This document shows, piece after piece, positions 1-14,791 of a DNA stretch of 64,000 nt; the first letter of the stretch is position 1; each line of letters opens with the position of its first letter. A program made the translations under genes and the position numbers. The notes below the pieces were generated by a model that ran no database searches, was not told where the DNA came from, and worked only from the letters and a program-made list of their open reading frames with translations. The stretch is from Paragordius varius. Its lineage: Eukaryota; Animalia; Nematomorpha. The stretch is taken from contig OZ176051.1 of assembly GCA_964247055.1 (NCBI GenBank), positions 7,688,001-7,752,000 on the forward strand, written 5' to 3'.

Positions 1-800
1 TTTAACCAGCTAAAAACATAAAATAAATTTATAGATTTTTCAACATAGTTTATAAAATCAACACTTTATCAATCAAATATAGAATAATACGAATTATAAG
101 CAGATAACTAAAATGAGTGCGCGGTTGGTTTGCCATATTTTTAAAAATTTTGTTTGTTTGAAATGGTTTAGAAAACAGTTCGATAATAACGTTTATTAAT
201 TCTTAAATAATGTGCATTTTAACCAAAAAACTTTATGTAATAATTTGAGCACATTGCATATATTTTTTAGAAAAAAGAGTTTAAAATGAAATGCTTTCCG
301 GGTTTAATCCTAATGTTTGGTCAAATGGTTTTTGTTACCATACCTTTATGATTTGAAGAAAGTAAAAACATTTAAATAAAAATATACATTAAAATATAAA
401 ATAATATTAACTAAAACTTTTTTAACTGCTAATCATTAAAATATAATAACTATAATTTATTAAGTAAAAAACAATAATAATATAGGGGGGGGGGGGGGGG
501 GCGTAATGAAAAAGGCTCTCACAAGTTTTATGTAAATTAATGTAATAAAAACAATAAAGCTTGATTTATAAATGGACTTAATAATATATGATACTTTTAC
601 AAAATAAAACTTTTTTCTAAGATAAATCTGATAATTGCTAAAACTTTTCTTGTTTTTATCACCTCACCCAAGGTTGTTTATATTGTATAATATAATTTTA
701 ATTAAATATGGAGCAGTTACACAAAATAATTTCCAACTATTGGTAATAAAAGTAACTGCTAAAAAATAAAAAAAACCGTCATATTTTAAAAACAACTTAC

Positions 801-3800
801 GAATCATTGATTCTAGCCTTTTCCAAAAACGTTTTTGGCCTAACTAGTTGACATGTGTACGCGTTTCTATTGTGCGGTGTAGAATTCAAAGAGCTATCCT
901 GTACATTAGTATTGGAGGATGAAGCAAAACTTACATCTTTTAACGAGTCATATTTTGAGGTGCCAGAATTTGTCGTTAAATTTAGAATATCTACAACATT
1001 ATTTTTGGCGCCATTTAATTTGACATCATTTTTGTTGCCATGGGAACTGGTTCGCATAGATGTCCGATTTTGTCCTTGTTGTATTATTCCATTTATTGGT
1101 GGTACTAACCCACTATCTGAACTAAATCTATGAGGTGGAGTTAGGTACATTGATGATGATGTTATATCATTGTTTGTTGTTGAGTTCGGTCCATTCTTGG
1201 GTATTTTATTCTATACACGTGTAGGTAAAGATAATTGAAAGTAAGGTAGAATTTTTGATAACTTCGGAAAAATTAAAAAGGTTTGATCGCTAAAAAATGG
1301 AGTTTTTGAAAATGATAGATCGTCGTAAACGATAAGAAAATATAAAATAAATAAAATATTAACTTGAATAATATTTCAATCTTACAATTTTAAACACATA
1401 AATTAAACCAGTGATACTTAAACCGCGGCCTACGCATGGAGCTCTAAAAGTACTTTTTATGGCCCTGAATTATTTCTTAAATTTTTATGTATATATTTTG
1501 AGTACATGAATCTATAATGGCCCTTAAACAGGATAATTTTTAATTGTTCAGTGCGAACTAAAAGTGGGGGGATTAAAAAAAATTTTCTGACGACTTGCAA
1601 GTTTTTCAAGTCATGGCTTGCTTTCAGGTGATAAAAAAAATTTAACATTACACGACTTAAGTCAAGCAGGAAAACTTGATAAGGAGGTGATATAAAATCA
1701 TACAATCAAGTGAAACTTGAAGTTTTGCAAGTGATGTAGGGCACATTTACCAGATTTGAAAATATGAATAAAATTATTTCGGAAACTATTTATATACCAT
1801 TTACAATTTAAATTCCCCCTCGAACAATTCAAATTCCCCCTAAAAATAAATGTGTTTTCGGGCAAATTTAATTCATGATTAATATGAAATATATCTTAAT
1901 GGTATAATTTATTATTTTTTCCTTATTATTTTAATTTTAAACAATAATCTTAAAAACGCTTAATTTATTTTAGGGTAAATATGAATTGTTCAAGGGTTTG
2001 AACTGTAAATGGTATATATTGCGTAAATATCTTCCCATTATATTTGCAAATGAACTTCTAACAAAATGAGTAGTGTGGTAAAATGATAGAGAATGTTGTA
2101 AGGGCGAACGGTTTCATCAACTTAAAAATTTTAGTTACCGGGATTTAAAAAATCTTTTATAACATACGTAACTGAGTTTAAAAAACTTTTATAAACACAT
2201 ATTGTGATTAATATTTTTGTCCCTTATTTTATAAATGTTGGTTGAAAATGATCAAAAAAATTTGTGTAAAATTCGAATTAAGTGACAAAAAATGTTATAT
2301 TCATAAGCAAAAGACTCGACTTAGTGTTTTTTTATCACCAATCTTCAAGTGTACACTTGCTGGCTTAAGTAAACTTGCTCATACCAAGCTTCGACTTACG
2401 AATCATGTGCGACTTTTTTATTACCTCACCCTAAATATTTTTATTGTTTTAAACATCACGTGATATCTCATATTAAAGTTTTCCGAAAGCAAAAAAGAAT
2501 AGGTAGAGACTTAGCAGTCAAATATAATCCAAAAATAAAAACAGATTGTAAAAATTGAACTAGGATGATTCAATATCTTACTACTAACTTATAATCGTAA
2601 TTACTGATATTTTAATTTTACAAATAAGTAAACATAATTTTTTTAAGATACTTGTATGTAAGTTATTTGTGCATAAATTATATATAAGGTTGATGTCATT
2701 TAGTTTATTACAAATAACTAAAATATTTGTCGCAAAAACAAACATTTTTTCACATTCCATCCTCTCTATACCATCTTCACAAACTTATAAATAAACACAA
2801 TTACCAGAAAAAGTAAAAAAGGTAAAAAAATATTGCATATAAATCGTATTTATACAATTTACACCAATTTACATATAATTTTCGTAATTTTTTGATTAAA
2901 AAGTGTCCCAAAGTACCTTGAAACAATAAAAAATACCTTAAAAAATGTTAATATTTTTGCCCAATAATGATTATTTTATTTAAAATTCTAGGCATGTTCT
3001 TAGATGTGAAAAGAAAAAAAATTGAGATAAGCCAAATACCAGTTGTTTCAATTATGTTGAATTCAGATAGAGTTATACATTATATTCGTAAAAAATCAAA
3101 ATCGCCTAAAATTTAACAAATGGCACAAATATTTCAAACATTTTATTGTAAAAATACCTAAATTTTTAGTTTTGCTAATGCTCAAAAATAATTGGAATGA
3201 TTTTTTTATAATTTTGGCATCCACATTGAGATTATAATTTAAAAACTATTATTATAAACAATAACTATTGTTTTTGTCTTTCCTTTATTAACATATTAAT
3301 AAAATAAACAATTATAATTAAATTACCAAACTTAGATTTGTAGCAAAGATTCTAAAAAAAATTATTAATTTCACCGCAAGGTAAATAACCTAAGTTTATT
3401 TAACAGTTATTATGGCAAAAATTACTCATGCTTATCAACAAAAACTTAAGCGAGGAGAGATAACAGTAAAATTAATTTTGCAAAAATTAAATTAATAATC
3501 TAAAAAAATTAGAAAATCTTGACTAAAACTAACAAGTCATAAAAAATAATCGTTTAATATCATCCATCAGGCATCGATGTGTTTGTTGCGAAAATAGTTT
3601 ATAATTTTATTATATAAGAACCACCAACAAAAAAACGATAAAAAAACTAAATTAATTTTAATGGAATTTGAGATAATAGGATTATTTTTTGATAATCAAA
3701 ACTAGATAAAACCAACTTAACTTATTGAAGAGTGCAATTTTTCCCATCTTAATTTTATGATTATTTTATTGAGATTAGTGCGCAAAGCGTGTGTTCCGCT

Positions 3801-6800
3801 TTAAAATTTGAAAATATCTCAAAAATTTATAATGTAAAAAAACCAGATGTGTTTGTACAAAATTTAATGTGTTTAGTAAATTTAATAAACTTGAAATATT
3901 TCTAATAACTCGCATACTTTAGGGCGAATCGGGCCCCAAAAAAGTCTGTAAAAATATAAAAAACTAATAAAATTAACAGAATGATTTAACCATATGTCAT
4001 TTAATTTTTTTAACCTAAATATAATAATTATAAGTTCCAAATTTTTTGATGATGCTCATAAAATAATTTTTTTGGCCATCTCTAGTTCTTGAAAGATGCA
4101 AATAATAATAAAAAGATCAAAAAGCCGGGCAGTTATAGAAATAAAAAACTTAACATACATATCAAAGAACTGTAAGAGTGTTGTTACCGCCTTTGAGAGA
4201 AAAAAGAAAGATTCAAAAATTGTATGCGCATAAACATACTACATAAAATATGCAAAATAAATTTAGATTCTACAAATTTCGCATATTAAATATTTTTACC
4301 AAAAACTAAAAAAATCTCTGAATCTCTTATTAAAAGTTTACGAGGTACTTTCATAATAACTTTTTCCTTAAAAACAGACAAGTTAAAACTCTCTTTTAAT
4401 ATAAATAAAAATCTTAATAGGTCGGTAGGACGCAACCAGGTTAATGGCTTTTTATTAAAACAATATATACACTACTTCATTTTATTTATACTGTAAAATA
4501 TTTAATATAAAAGGTTAATAGTAAGTAAAAAATATTAACAAATCAAGACAAAAGATATACGAATATACCAGGTACTATTTCATAATCCTTAAAAGAAAAA
4601 AGTCATAAAGTCTATCCATCATTTCTTTGACAAAGGGGGAAAAGGATTAAAAACATAAAATATTACAAAGAAAAAAGAAACCCTAACAAAATTATTCAAA
4701 TATTAATTAATTTGATTAAATATTATAATGTGAGAAACAATAGTATAATATTAAAATATAAAAACAAAACATAAAAGGCTTAAAGAAACCATATTGATCC
4801 ACACATAAATTTTCAAAACCAAATCCAAAGATTAATTTTAAAAATATAAAGGTTCCGTATAAAGTTTTTGATAAAAAATATTGGTCTCTGGCTTTTTAAG
4901 TTTGTGTTCAAATTTTGAATTTTTATTGTAAAAACATTTTTACCAGTAAAGCCATTTCGGGTGTGATATGAGGTCCATTTGGGCGATAACCACCATTGCT
5001 GCTACTTGTAGCACTGAAACGATTATCGGATGATTGATGATGGTTTGATATATTGTTCCCTTCATATAACACACATACGAGGGGAAAAGGTTAATCGGTT
5101 TTATAAAGAATTTAATTGAATGAACAAGCCTTGTATTTCAGGATCGCAACCGGAAGTACAATGTTTAATTTTAATCATTTTTGTTTATTACCATACGCTG
5201 CAAGTATACAGCAAAATAAGTTTGCAAAAATAATAAATATGTATAAAGGGTCAGACGAATCATTAATTCTTTACCGATTAATTTATATAATTTAGCATAT
5301 TTTCATTGGTATGGTTTTTTCACACCAAAGTTTTTTGTTGAAAGAAAAATATTTTTTATTTTTTAGCAACATGTTTTCATTTTTGCTATTCATTTTGTGA
5401 TTTTACTGTATATGGCTTTGTAACCAATGCCTTATAAATCCGATCATATTTTAACAATTGACAAAATTATAATACACAATGAATAAATGTATGAGGTGGA
5501 TGGCTTAGAGAACATCATATTTCATCTTTTTTGATTAAATTTATAAAATAAAATATTATTAAGATACCTGAACTATTTGTGCTATCCAAACTACGGAGTG
5601 TAAGGTATGGATTACTGCTATTGTTCCCATTACCATAATAATCGGTGGAATCGCGTTTAGGTGTCGATGAAGCTGAGTGAGACATGGCGTTGCCATGGTG
5701 ATGACGCTTTTTTGGTTGCTGATGGCAAGCACTTTTGGATTTGGCCGGGAGGGCACTTTCTAAACCACTATTATTTCGACCAGTAGTTATCGATCGTTTC
5801 CGACCAGTTCGTAAAAAATGTCTATCATATGGTCGACAAAGTGATAGCTCTTCTGGGTATCTAATGTCTACAAAAATTGATGTTTGTAGAAAAAGTTTTA
5901 TTTAACATCTAACCCTCATAAAACAACTATTATAATTAATTGGCTCATAATAATTTTGAATATATGTGATTAAACGGGTAGTTTTTAATTAAACTAAAAA
6001 ACAAAAATATCGTTTACATAATTGTCTGGTTCTTTAGGCACTAGAAAAAATTGGCCTTTATTAGCAAATCAAAAAGTTTTTATATATAAAAATGGACTTT
6101 AACAATTAGCTCTTGATTAATACCAACTAACATGTTAATATATACATATCAATATTTTATAAAATAAACAATAAAACATCGACATCATAATTAATGCTCA
6201 AAAAATAAACTCTGTACACATAAACTTTAGTAAGAGTTGAGATGCCAAAAAAACCAAAAACTCCCTGGAGAGTACTATATATATTTAGTTTGAAAAAAGA
6301 GAAGGAACTTTATACGACAATACTTTGACCAGTTTTTTTATAAATAACATTTAATTTATATATCAAACACAATTTTGCGTTTATTCTCAAAAAGATTTTA
6401 AATTTTTAAAAAAATGATATAATATTAGAAATTTAAATTTTTTTGCAATATATAACCACAAACAGTTTTTTTCTATGTTTGTTTGAATGAACTCAAAATT
6501 TACAATCATAAACTATTTTTTAGTTATGTTTGAAACATCATAAATATGAAATATGATATATATTATATGTAGTATTAGTATGAATAGTGAAATAATTTAA
6601 TTTTATTTTAGCTAAATATAAAAATCATCTTTTTCATATTAAATAATTTAAATACGAAATCGTTAGTTCTAAAATTAATTTAAAAAATACCTCCCAATAA
6701 AACTTTCAAAATATATTATATTGAAATTTTTTTGAAAAACATACTTGACATCTTAATTCAAAGACATGGCCATGTATGATGCCAAAAAATGTCATTTACA

Positions 6801-9704
6801 TTTTAACAACAATAGAATTAATTAAAAATATAAATATTTTTTTTGCATATTTAATTAGATAAAAATATGGACCCTATTTATATATTTATAGTACAATCAA
6901 ATTTTCGGAAAATACAAAGCCACATTGAATTTAAATTTTTTTTAATAATTTCACCATTTTTGCCACAATTTGAAAATTTTTGATAATATTGAATTATAAA
7001 ATCTTTAAAACGATAATTGTTTAACACTTTATGACCTTCTCACAATTTTGTCCACGTTGACATTTTGGGGTAGTTTTTTATCCCAGGGCTCAATCTTGTA
7101 AATTAGCTATTGTTTTGAAAGTTATCTTAGTTAAAATTTAATTATCAAACAATATTCGCCTGTATTGATAATAAAGCTTATTTTTAGAGTTTTGTATTGT
7201 AAATTCTAGTAGTCTAGAGTCTAAAACTGGGATAGCTCCAAAACACAAATTAAAGAAACAGCTGATTTAAAATGAATTGTTGATGATAAAATGCAATCTG
7301 AAAGCTAACAAAGGTTAATAATTTATATTTTTCACCCATAATATCAATTTATTTGCCAAACTATACCGATCTAAAAACAATTTAACGAAAAAAATGGCGG
7401 CGAAAAAATATGAGATAATTTTATATTTTTAAAAAAATGTATTTTGCGACTAAATTCGCCCTAACCTTAAATACTTTTTAAGATTTTCAATTTCAAATCG
7501 CCCTGGGATATAAAATTACCCTAAAAGGTCATGAAGTGGTAAAAAAGAGAAAGGATATTAATAAACGTTTTAAATTTATAATTGCACTTTCCTTCCGTTT
7601 TTGCTTTATTCTTATAATGCGAATGGTCAAAAATAAAATTATAATTAATAAAGGGTTTTATTGATTTATATATATGTGTATAATGATATATATAAATACC
7701 ACCAATTAAAAGAGTGATCAATGATAATTTTTTGCAGATAATATATATATCCTGATTTTTCTTCGTTTTATGAAGGAAGAATTTTTTACATCGTACTTAT
7801 ATTATTACAATGGCAATATGGACAGATTTGAGTTTGTCCATTATATATGTGTTATGGACACAATAAACTATTTATTATATGTATATATTATCAAAGGAAA
7901 AGGTGTTTTTGCCTTAAACTACTCAATAAATTACACAATCATCATTGTTATATGTAAATTTTTATAAACTGTTAAATTTTTAAAATATTATAAAATGGCA
8001 TAATCATTCAAATCTCCGTAAATAGGCTTTTGTCGTCATATTAAAATTATGTAATTGTAATAAATCCTAAATTTTCTATACATAATGTATAGTATCGTTT
8101 TCAATGGATAAAAGATCTTAATTTCTAAAATAATTAAAATTTGTTAATTGACATAAAAAATTTTTATTACTTGTGTGTTTACACAGCTCGGACACGACCG
8201 AAAAAACGGGGATAGAAAAATTGCAAGACATTTCAGTAATCTGCATGTCAGGCAATTGAATACGCAATCGTTTATGCATTCGGGTGAATTCCATATGAGC
8301 GTTGGCCTGAACGCCGTAATGATCAAGGGTGCTTTTGGACCGATGGACCCAAATATTTTTGGCGGGCCACCACAGCGCATAGTCGGACCAATCTTTAGGT
8401 ATATCTGTGAGTGTGCGTGTATGAAAAATATATAGGTACTTTTTATCAGTCAAAAAAAATTCAGCATCAATATTGAACAAAAATTTATCATCCATAAACC
8501 TTCAAACTGCTATTTATTCATATTTGTTGGCTAAAGTTGGTTACAGTAGCGTGTGTTATAAAACAACTTTTGAACCAAATAAATAAAGTAAAATAACATA
8601 GGAAAAATATATTTGATTAATAAACAGACAGAAAGAAATTAATCATGTGAACCCAATAACCAACTTTTTTATAAATAGATATACATATTTATTATAAAAT
8701 ATTTCATAATTTTAATTTATATCTTAATTTTATGTTAATTCGACAAAATTAATTGATTTTAACGAAAATTCATTAATAAATTTATTATTATTTTGCTGAT
8801 GAGCATCATTTATTTTAAAACATTTTTTTTTCATACATAATTGTTTTGCCAATTGACCAATATAATGGGAATAAGCCAGCATTAATTATACTGAATATTT
8901 CTTAGGTTAACATCAAAGCTTTCATATCTCCAAGTTTTAATTAACATATAACCTTGTAAAAATGATTAAACAATATTTGCGTTTGGTAAAATGGAAAAAT
9001 ATTATTGGTATTATACTTAACTGTATCAACACACATCATTTTAACCAACACGCATTATAAATTCAGATATAAAATTATCGTATGATCAAGCCAAAATATA
9101 ATTGATAATTGCCATTTCGTGTTTCAAAAGACAAATTTTACACACTAATGTGAGGTCAGGTATTTGCATGATAAAACGTTATGTCTAATAAAATGATGCA
9201 ACCAATTATAAATCAAATATTGTCCTGCTGAAAACAACTTTCGGTTTTACAAAATTTCAACCATCAATTTTTTATTATCAAGGTTGAAACAACTTAAAAA
9301 TATATTAGAAGCCTTTTCATGGTTATTTTTGCTGAAAATCATATTATATTATGTATTTATTTAATTGCTCATGGATTTAAATAAATAAAAATAATATTGA
9401 TTGAAAATATATGATATAATAGATTTTATCTATTCACTTCGTAAATATTTTAAAAAAACATAAAAAATATCTTGAAAAAACGGCCAATTCACCTATTATA
9501 TCACGTTTTTTTCAGAAAATAACCATTATATGTGATTATTGTTTAAAAATTTTTTTGAAAAAAAAATATTATTTTTTCACGCAGCAAATTAAGTTAGCTA
9601 AATCATGATTTGGGTTACATAAAACGCCCATTTCAAGTGGAGAAAAAATTAATTTACAAGTATGGATTAAAAATAATTAATTTTTGTATAAAATGTGAAT
9701 ATAA

Positions 9705-9741
<37 letters not shown>

Positions 9742-11017
9742 TTAATTTAGAAAACAGATCTATAGGATATACAAAAAATAAATTATTGAAAAAAATGTTA
9801 AATAAAAAACATATTTAATGTTCTATGCCTGAAAACAACACCGGATGTTAAAGTTATGTTTCATATAACTTAAAAATGTATAAAGTAAAAATATTTTTTC
9901 CATGATTCATTACATATAAATTTTAAATCAAAAATATTTCTCAGAATTACTATGCAAATGTGTGTGTGTTTTAAAATTTAAAATAAATCCCGTTTTTAAT
10001 CAATATTTATTACAATACAATAGCGAGTTTTTTCAAAATATATGTAAAAATGTTGTTTAATGCGGTTTTTACCGTTTGTACTTTTGTATTCCACTGTGTT
10101 GTTGCAAAAAAACAATGAATTAGGAAAAAAAATTATTTAAACTTTAATTTTAACATGAATATATATATTTATAAAATAATAAATATAAAAAAACTAGGCA
10201 AATCAGATTAAATTTCATCATATCCATAAATCTTACACATATATAAATAATAAAAAATTAATATTTATACATTTTGAATAAATAGATAGATATATAGACA
10301 ATAGTTCATCATGTTAAAAATAAAAGCAGCATTAATTAAAAAGAGTACATTACAACAAACATGCGCCTACATAAATCTCTGATGATCCCCTTCAATATTT
10401 TTTCCATTACAAAACTTATTCAATATAATAAATAAAGCATAGAAAGAAAATAAAACTTCTGTAAATCATACATAATTGGAGAATTTAAATATAAAAAATG
10501 ATGACAAACGGTAAAAAAAAGTTAACAAAAATGCTTAGTTAATTAAAAATATGTACAAAAAGTAAAATGACTCACAAGGTCGCTAAAGTTCACACATAGA
10601 TATCACAATACTTTGTGTGTATAAGGTAAATTATCATATTTTTTTACAATAAATATTTGTAAGTAGCAAAATAAACTACATTAAATAAATTTTGTTGAAA
10701 GCATGTAAATTTATTAAAATATGTCGGTTTTTAGTTAAAAGTAAATATCTTTTAAACCCATATTTAATAAACATTACTGAAATAATTTTCGGAAAAAGAG
10801 CTGAGTTAAAACATGTAATAATTATTGGTAAAATCAGGTGTGAATAAATATTTCAAAATAAAATATTACCTAATTTATCAACCAACATTAGCATAATCGA
10901 ACCTATGCGAAAATCCCCTTTTACTCGCAAAGTTTCAGTAATATCTATATCAGGAATGGATATAACAATTTCCCAGCTACCATCACAGATAAGATTTTGA
11001 ATATTTTCGGAAGGCAT
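801..11017 (-). CDS. FERMT2: Kindlin/fermitin family (FERMT/unc-112/Fit), 5' part (F0, F1 and F1 loop); the gene continues beyond the left edge
   Basis: Exons (minus): 11017-10870, 8404-8171, 5867-5568, 5059-4944, 1210-801. All are GT-AG and phase-consistent (1,1,1,0,2). The translation shows kindlin hallmarks: MPSENIQNLICDGSWEIVI..LRVKGDFRIGSIMLMLVDKL|DIPKDWSDYALWWP..RSKSTLDHYGVQANAHMEFT..RIQLPDM..VSELCKHT|NIRYPEELSL and RPKTFLEKARINDS (cf. kindlin RPxxLxDKARxNxGWLDSS). The symbol denotes the family; paralog-level orthology is not established. Confidence 0.95.
1791..2018. mobile_element. MITE with TATATACCATTTACA terminal inverted repeats (family also at 51162-51484)
   Basis: The left end tatataccatttaca and the right end tgtaaatggtatata are reverse complements. 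The internal aaattc(c/a)ccctcgaacaattc repeats are shared with the 51.2-kb copy. Confidence 0.7.
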
Positions 11018-13940
11018 GGATTTGTAAAATGGTCCCAAATTTACACAAAGTAAATGCAAAAAATCAAATCATATGAAAGGGTATAAAAAACATGTAAACA
11101 TGTTTTCAGATGAAACATATTTATTTTTATATTTTTAAAATATTATCGACTATAATAGAATTTTAATAACATATAAATACACACAGAACAAAATAGTGGT
11201 TAAAATTACATTTCATAGAATATAAGTATATTATGACAAAAGGTCCGTCATATACTTTGAAATAAATGTAGAGGAAAGTAAAATTGCATTTTGGATTTTG
11301 ATATTACGATTGTTATAAAATTTAATTTTAAAAATATATCCATAAATTACCAGAACATTGTGTCAAAAATATTTTGTATATAAAAGATACACCTAAAGTC
11401 TACAAAAAAACATCCTTATAAAATCTATCTCCTAGAGGAAAATACATCGGGTTTTCATGGTTAATTTTGTCCCCTCCGACTTATTACCATTTAACACTTT
11501 TGCGAATTGTTCTCTATCAGAAAATAACGATACGCACATTTTGTTATATAATGTTTTTTTGGACTAAATGCTCCTTCCAAAAACATTATTTATAAACTTA
11601 AAATTAAAAGTAAAACATCTTATGAAATTTTATTTTGATGTGGGCTCCGAAACTTAATTTCCATACCTTTCCAAAATTAGAATCTCTTGAAATGAAGATC
11701 AAAGGGCCGCGATCGTGAGATGTTAAATTTTGAATGCGTAAAACTTTAAATATATAGCAATTGTGTTTGAGGAATTTATAATAGAAGCATGTTAGAAACG
11801 GTTAAAAACACTTAAATATATTAATAAACAATTATATTAATTGCAATTTTTACTTGATAGAAATATTTAGCATCATTGAATTTGAAAGAAAAAGTGATTC
11901 AAATTATCATTTTCCCGTTTCGTTTTGCCCCAAATTGTATGAAGGTACTCTCCCATATATGGTTAAAAGAATTTATAGAACAAACTATGTATTTAAAAAA
12001 TACACATTTTTGATACAGGTTCTAGCATCTATTGAAAAAATTATCTCAAAATCTAGGCATTTCCGCGATTAGTTTTATACTTCATTGCATTTTCATTTTT
12101 TTAGGCGAGGACATTTTGGGGGTTTTCGACCCCTAGAATGGTGAACAAGCTACTGTTTTAGATGTTGTGTGTGGTTAAAATATAATTACCAAAATCTATT
12201 CTTCTTTATTTATAAAATTTAACTTCAATCCAAAATTCAGATAATTCCCTCACGATAACAGCTTATATTAAATTCAATAAATATGAAAAATTTGCTGGTA
12301 ATTGTAACTTGATAGCTTTCCAAAGTTATTAATTTTTAACCAGAACACTGCGTTCATAATCTTGAGGTTTATAAAAATAACCTGATGAAATTATAATGAT
12401 AGGTTTTATTGCTTTGGTTTTGGCCCTGGAAGTGATTTATGAAAGTTATTTACATTTTTGTGGTAGTGCCCCACATCAGAAAATGGCAATTGCGTACTTT
12501 TAAAATTTTTGTAAAGCTAGAGGCCTCATGCCAAAAAATCACTAAAATATATCAAAAAAAATAAAAAAATTAATTTTAGATGTGGGCTCCGAAAGTCCCA
12601 AATTATATTGCTCTTTCAAAACTTAATCTCAAAAATCGGGATTGCGCGATAAAATTTAATATATATGCTAAATTTTGATATCAGAAAATATTTTTTAAAA
12701 TAAGGATACTTTCAAAATTAATTTTTGCAAATTTCATTGAAGCTTACTTCATACTATATTGAGTCATGATGGAAACGTAAAATGCTTTAAAATATCATAA
12801 ATATTTTTTCTACATAATTCGATGGTACTGAACATTTTATCAGAATTTCGATTAAAATTCGTTCTTCGTCTTAAGGTTTATGTTAAATCAATATGTGTTT
12901 TATTCGAAAATTTACCAAAATCTTTAAGCAAACGAACCTTCAAATCAAAATTTTGAAGCGTTAGTAGCATCATCGAATTATAGAGAAAAAGTGTTTTGTC
13001 ATATCTTAAGTCGTTTTCCATCAAGGGTAAAAATCTTATGAAGTATGCCATAACATATTGTTAAAAATTAAATTTTTGAAAAAAGTATGTAGTTTTAAAA
13101 AATATTTTTTATCCACTTTTGGGTGGCTATTGAAATTTTAATATATTAAGAGTATTAAGCATTTAAAAAAATATGTATAATGCGCATAATAGGCTAAAGA
13201 AAGCATATTTTTTAAATTCGGATTAATAACCTAAATAATTTTTAAGATATTTTAAATTGCACTGGGATCTCAAAAAGTAATAGAATGTTAAAGAAAATGT
13301 AAAATCTATATATTTATAAAAATGGAAAATGCTGGCTTTGTGATCTGGTGCCGGAAAACCGGTAGACCCAATCAAATCCAAATATCGAAAAAATATAATC
13401 ATTAATGAATGCCCCGACAATAGCTTTGCCCTTTTTTTGAAATAGGCCCCCAGTTGGGGCCCACCCCGTGTGAAAAATGGGTTAAATCAATTTTTTGGAG
13501 AACGTGTTGGACCATTCAATTTCAAAAATGATTTTTGTTTACTTATTTTTGATCGCGCCGAACATAGTCGACTCGCTTTTTTAATTTAGGCCCTCTTTTT
13601 ACCCGCTCCCCCCGTAAAATGCAATTTTTTTCAAAAAACAAAGTCCACAAAAATATTTTTTTTAATCTATTTTTCCCCCAAGTAAACAATATATTAGTTG
13701 AATGCACCGTTTTAAAATTCCTATGAGATCATATAATGTTTCGAAATAGTCCACATATGTGGAACATTTTATTGTCCCTTATTTCAAATAGCCACCCCCC
13801 CCCCTCCCCCACCTAGTTGATAATAAAATCCTCATATTCGCCGCCATTTTTTATAATTTTTTTAAATCGCTAATGCTACAAGTAAAATGAATATTATGAT
13901 TATATGCTAACAATTAATTTTAAAAGGCTTAAAGGATACA

Positions 13941-14200
13941 TTTTACCAGCAAAAACTTGATATATTTTAATTTTAGCTGTCCGTTTCAATCGTATTTTGG
14001 AGTTGTCCCAGTTTCGGACTCTAGAGGTCACAAAACTAAAAATATAAGCCTTTTTTATCAAATACATGAGAACAATGTTTGATCATTAAAATTTTGATAA
14101 ATTAACTTTCAAACCAGTAGTTTATTTACAATATTAACCTTTGGGATTTAAAACTACCCAAATATATTCTACTAGGATAAAGTAAAAAGATTATGAAATG
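13941..14200 (+). repeat. Dispersed ~260-bp repeat (copy 1; copy 2 at 24541-24812; degraded inverted copy near 7100-7270)
   Basis: Shared sequence ttttaccagcaaa(a/c)acttgatatatttt..cagctgt..ggactctaga..acatgagaacaatgttt..aaaactaccca..ctagga. Confidence 0.7.
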
Positions 14201-14791
14201 TTAATATCAAGATTTAGCATATATTCAAAATTATTATAACGCAATGTCGCCATTTTTGAGTTTTTTTAAAAAGAGTAGCTCTTTTTAGAAGAGCGAAAAT
14301 TGGGATTTTGTAGCCCACAACTAAAAATTAAAAATAGTTTTGCATTTTATATGTAGATAAATTTGTGATATGTCTCTTTCATTTATAAAAATAAATCCAA
14401 ATTTTGCCATTTTATTACGAGATCTCGGGATTTTTATTTATTATAAAAAACAGCCCATTTTTGAAAGTTAAAAATTTGAAATTTTTGTCTCAAATATTAT
14501 AATATAAATTCGCTTTGTTTTTTAATGTATTTATGATATATTTTAATAAAATTTTTACAATGATGCATTCATCTATCATTGATATTTATATAACATATTG
14601 TGTGCAAGTGTTTTTCGATACCTTAGCATTTAATTTATTTAAAATCACTCGTAACAGGTCTAAAACCAATTGCACCAGGAATCACAATGCATTTCTAACT
14701 CAGAATATTCTTATATTTCCAATTTCGTTTAGAACAGCGTTTTACATAAAAATATATCAAATAGAAAAATGTTTCAGAGGATTGTCTATTC

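Noticed and set aside
855-1133. Plus-strand 92-aa ORF and similar shadows (8175-8435, 15436-15744, 16284-16589, 19100-19519, 22044-22325, 27072-27443, 30685-30963, 33924-34133, 43574-44083, 59106-59312)
   Set aside because: These are antisense shadows of real exons or transposon ORFs.
9709-9738. (TA)n microsatellites and poly-G/C runs (also ~486, 13795, 25581, 28008, 28850, 29826, 36697, 42890, 62118)
   Set aside because: Ordinary simple repeats in an AT-rich genome.
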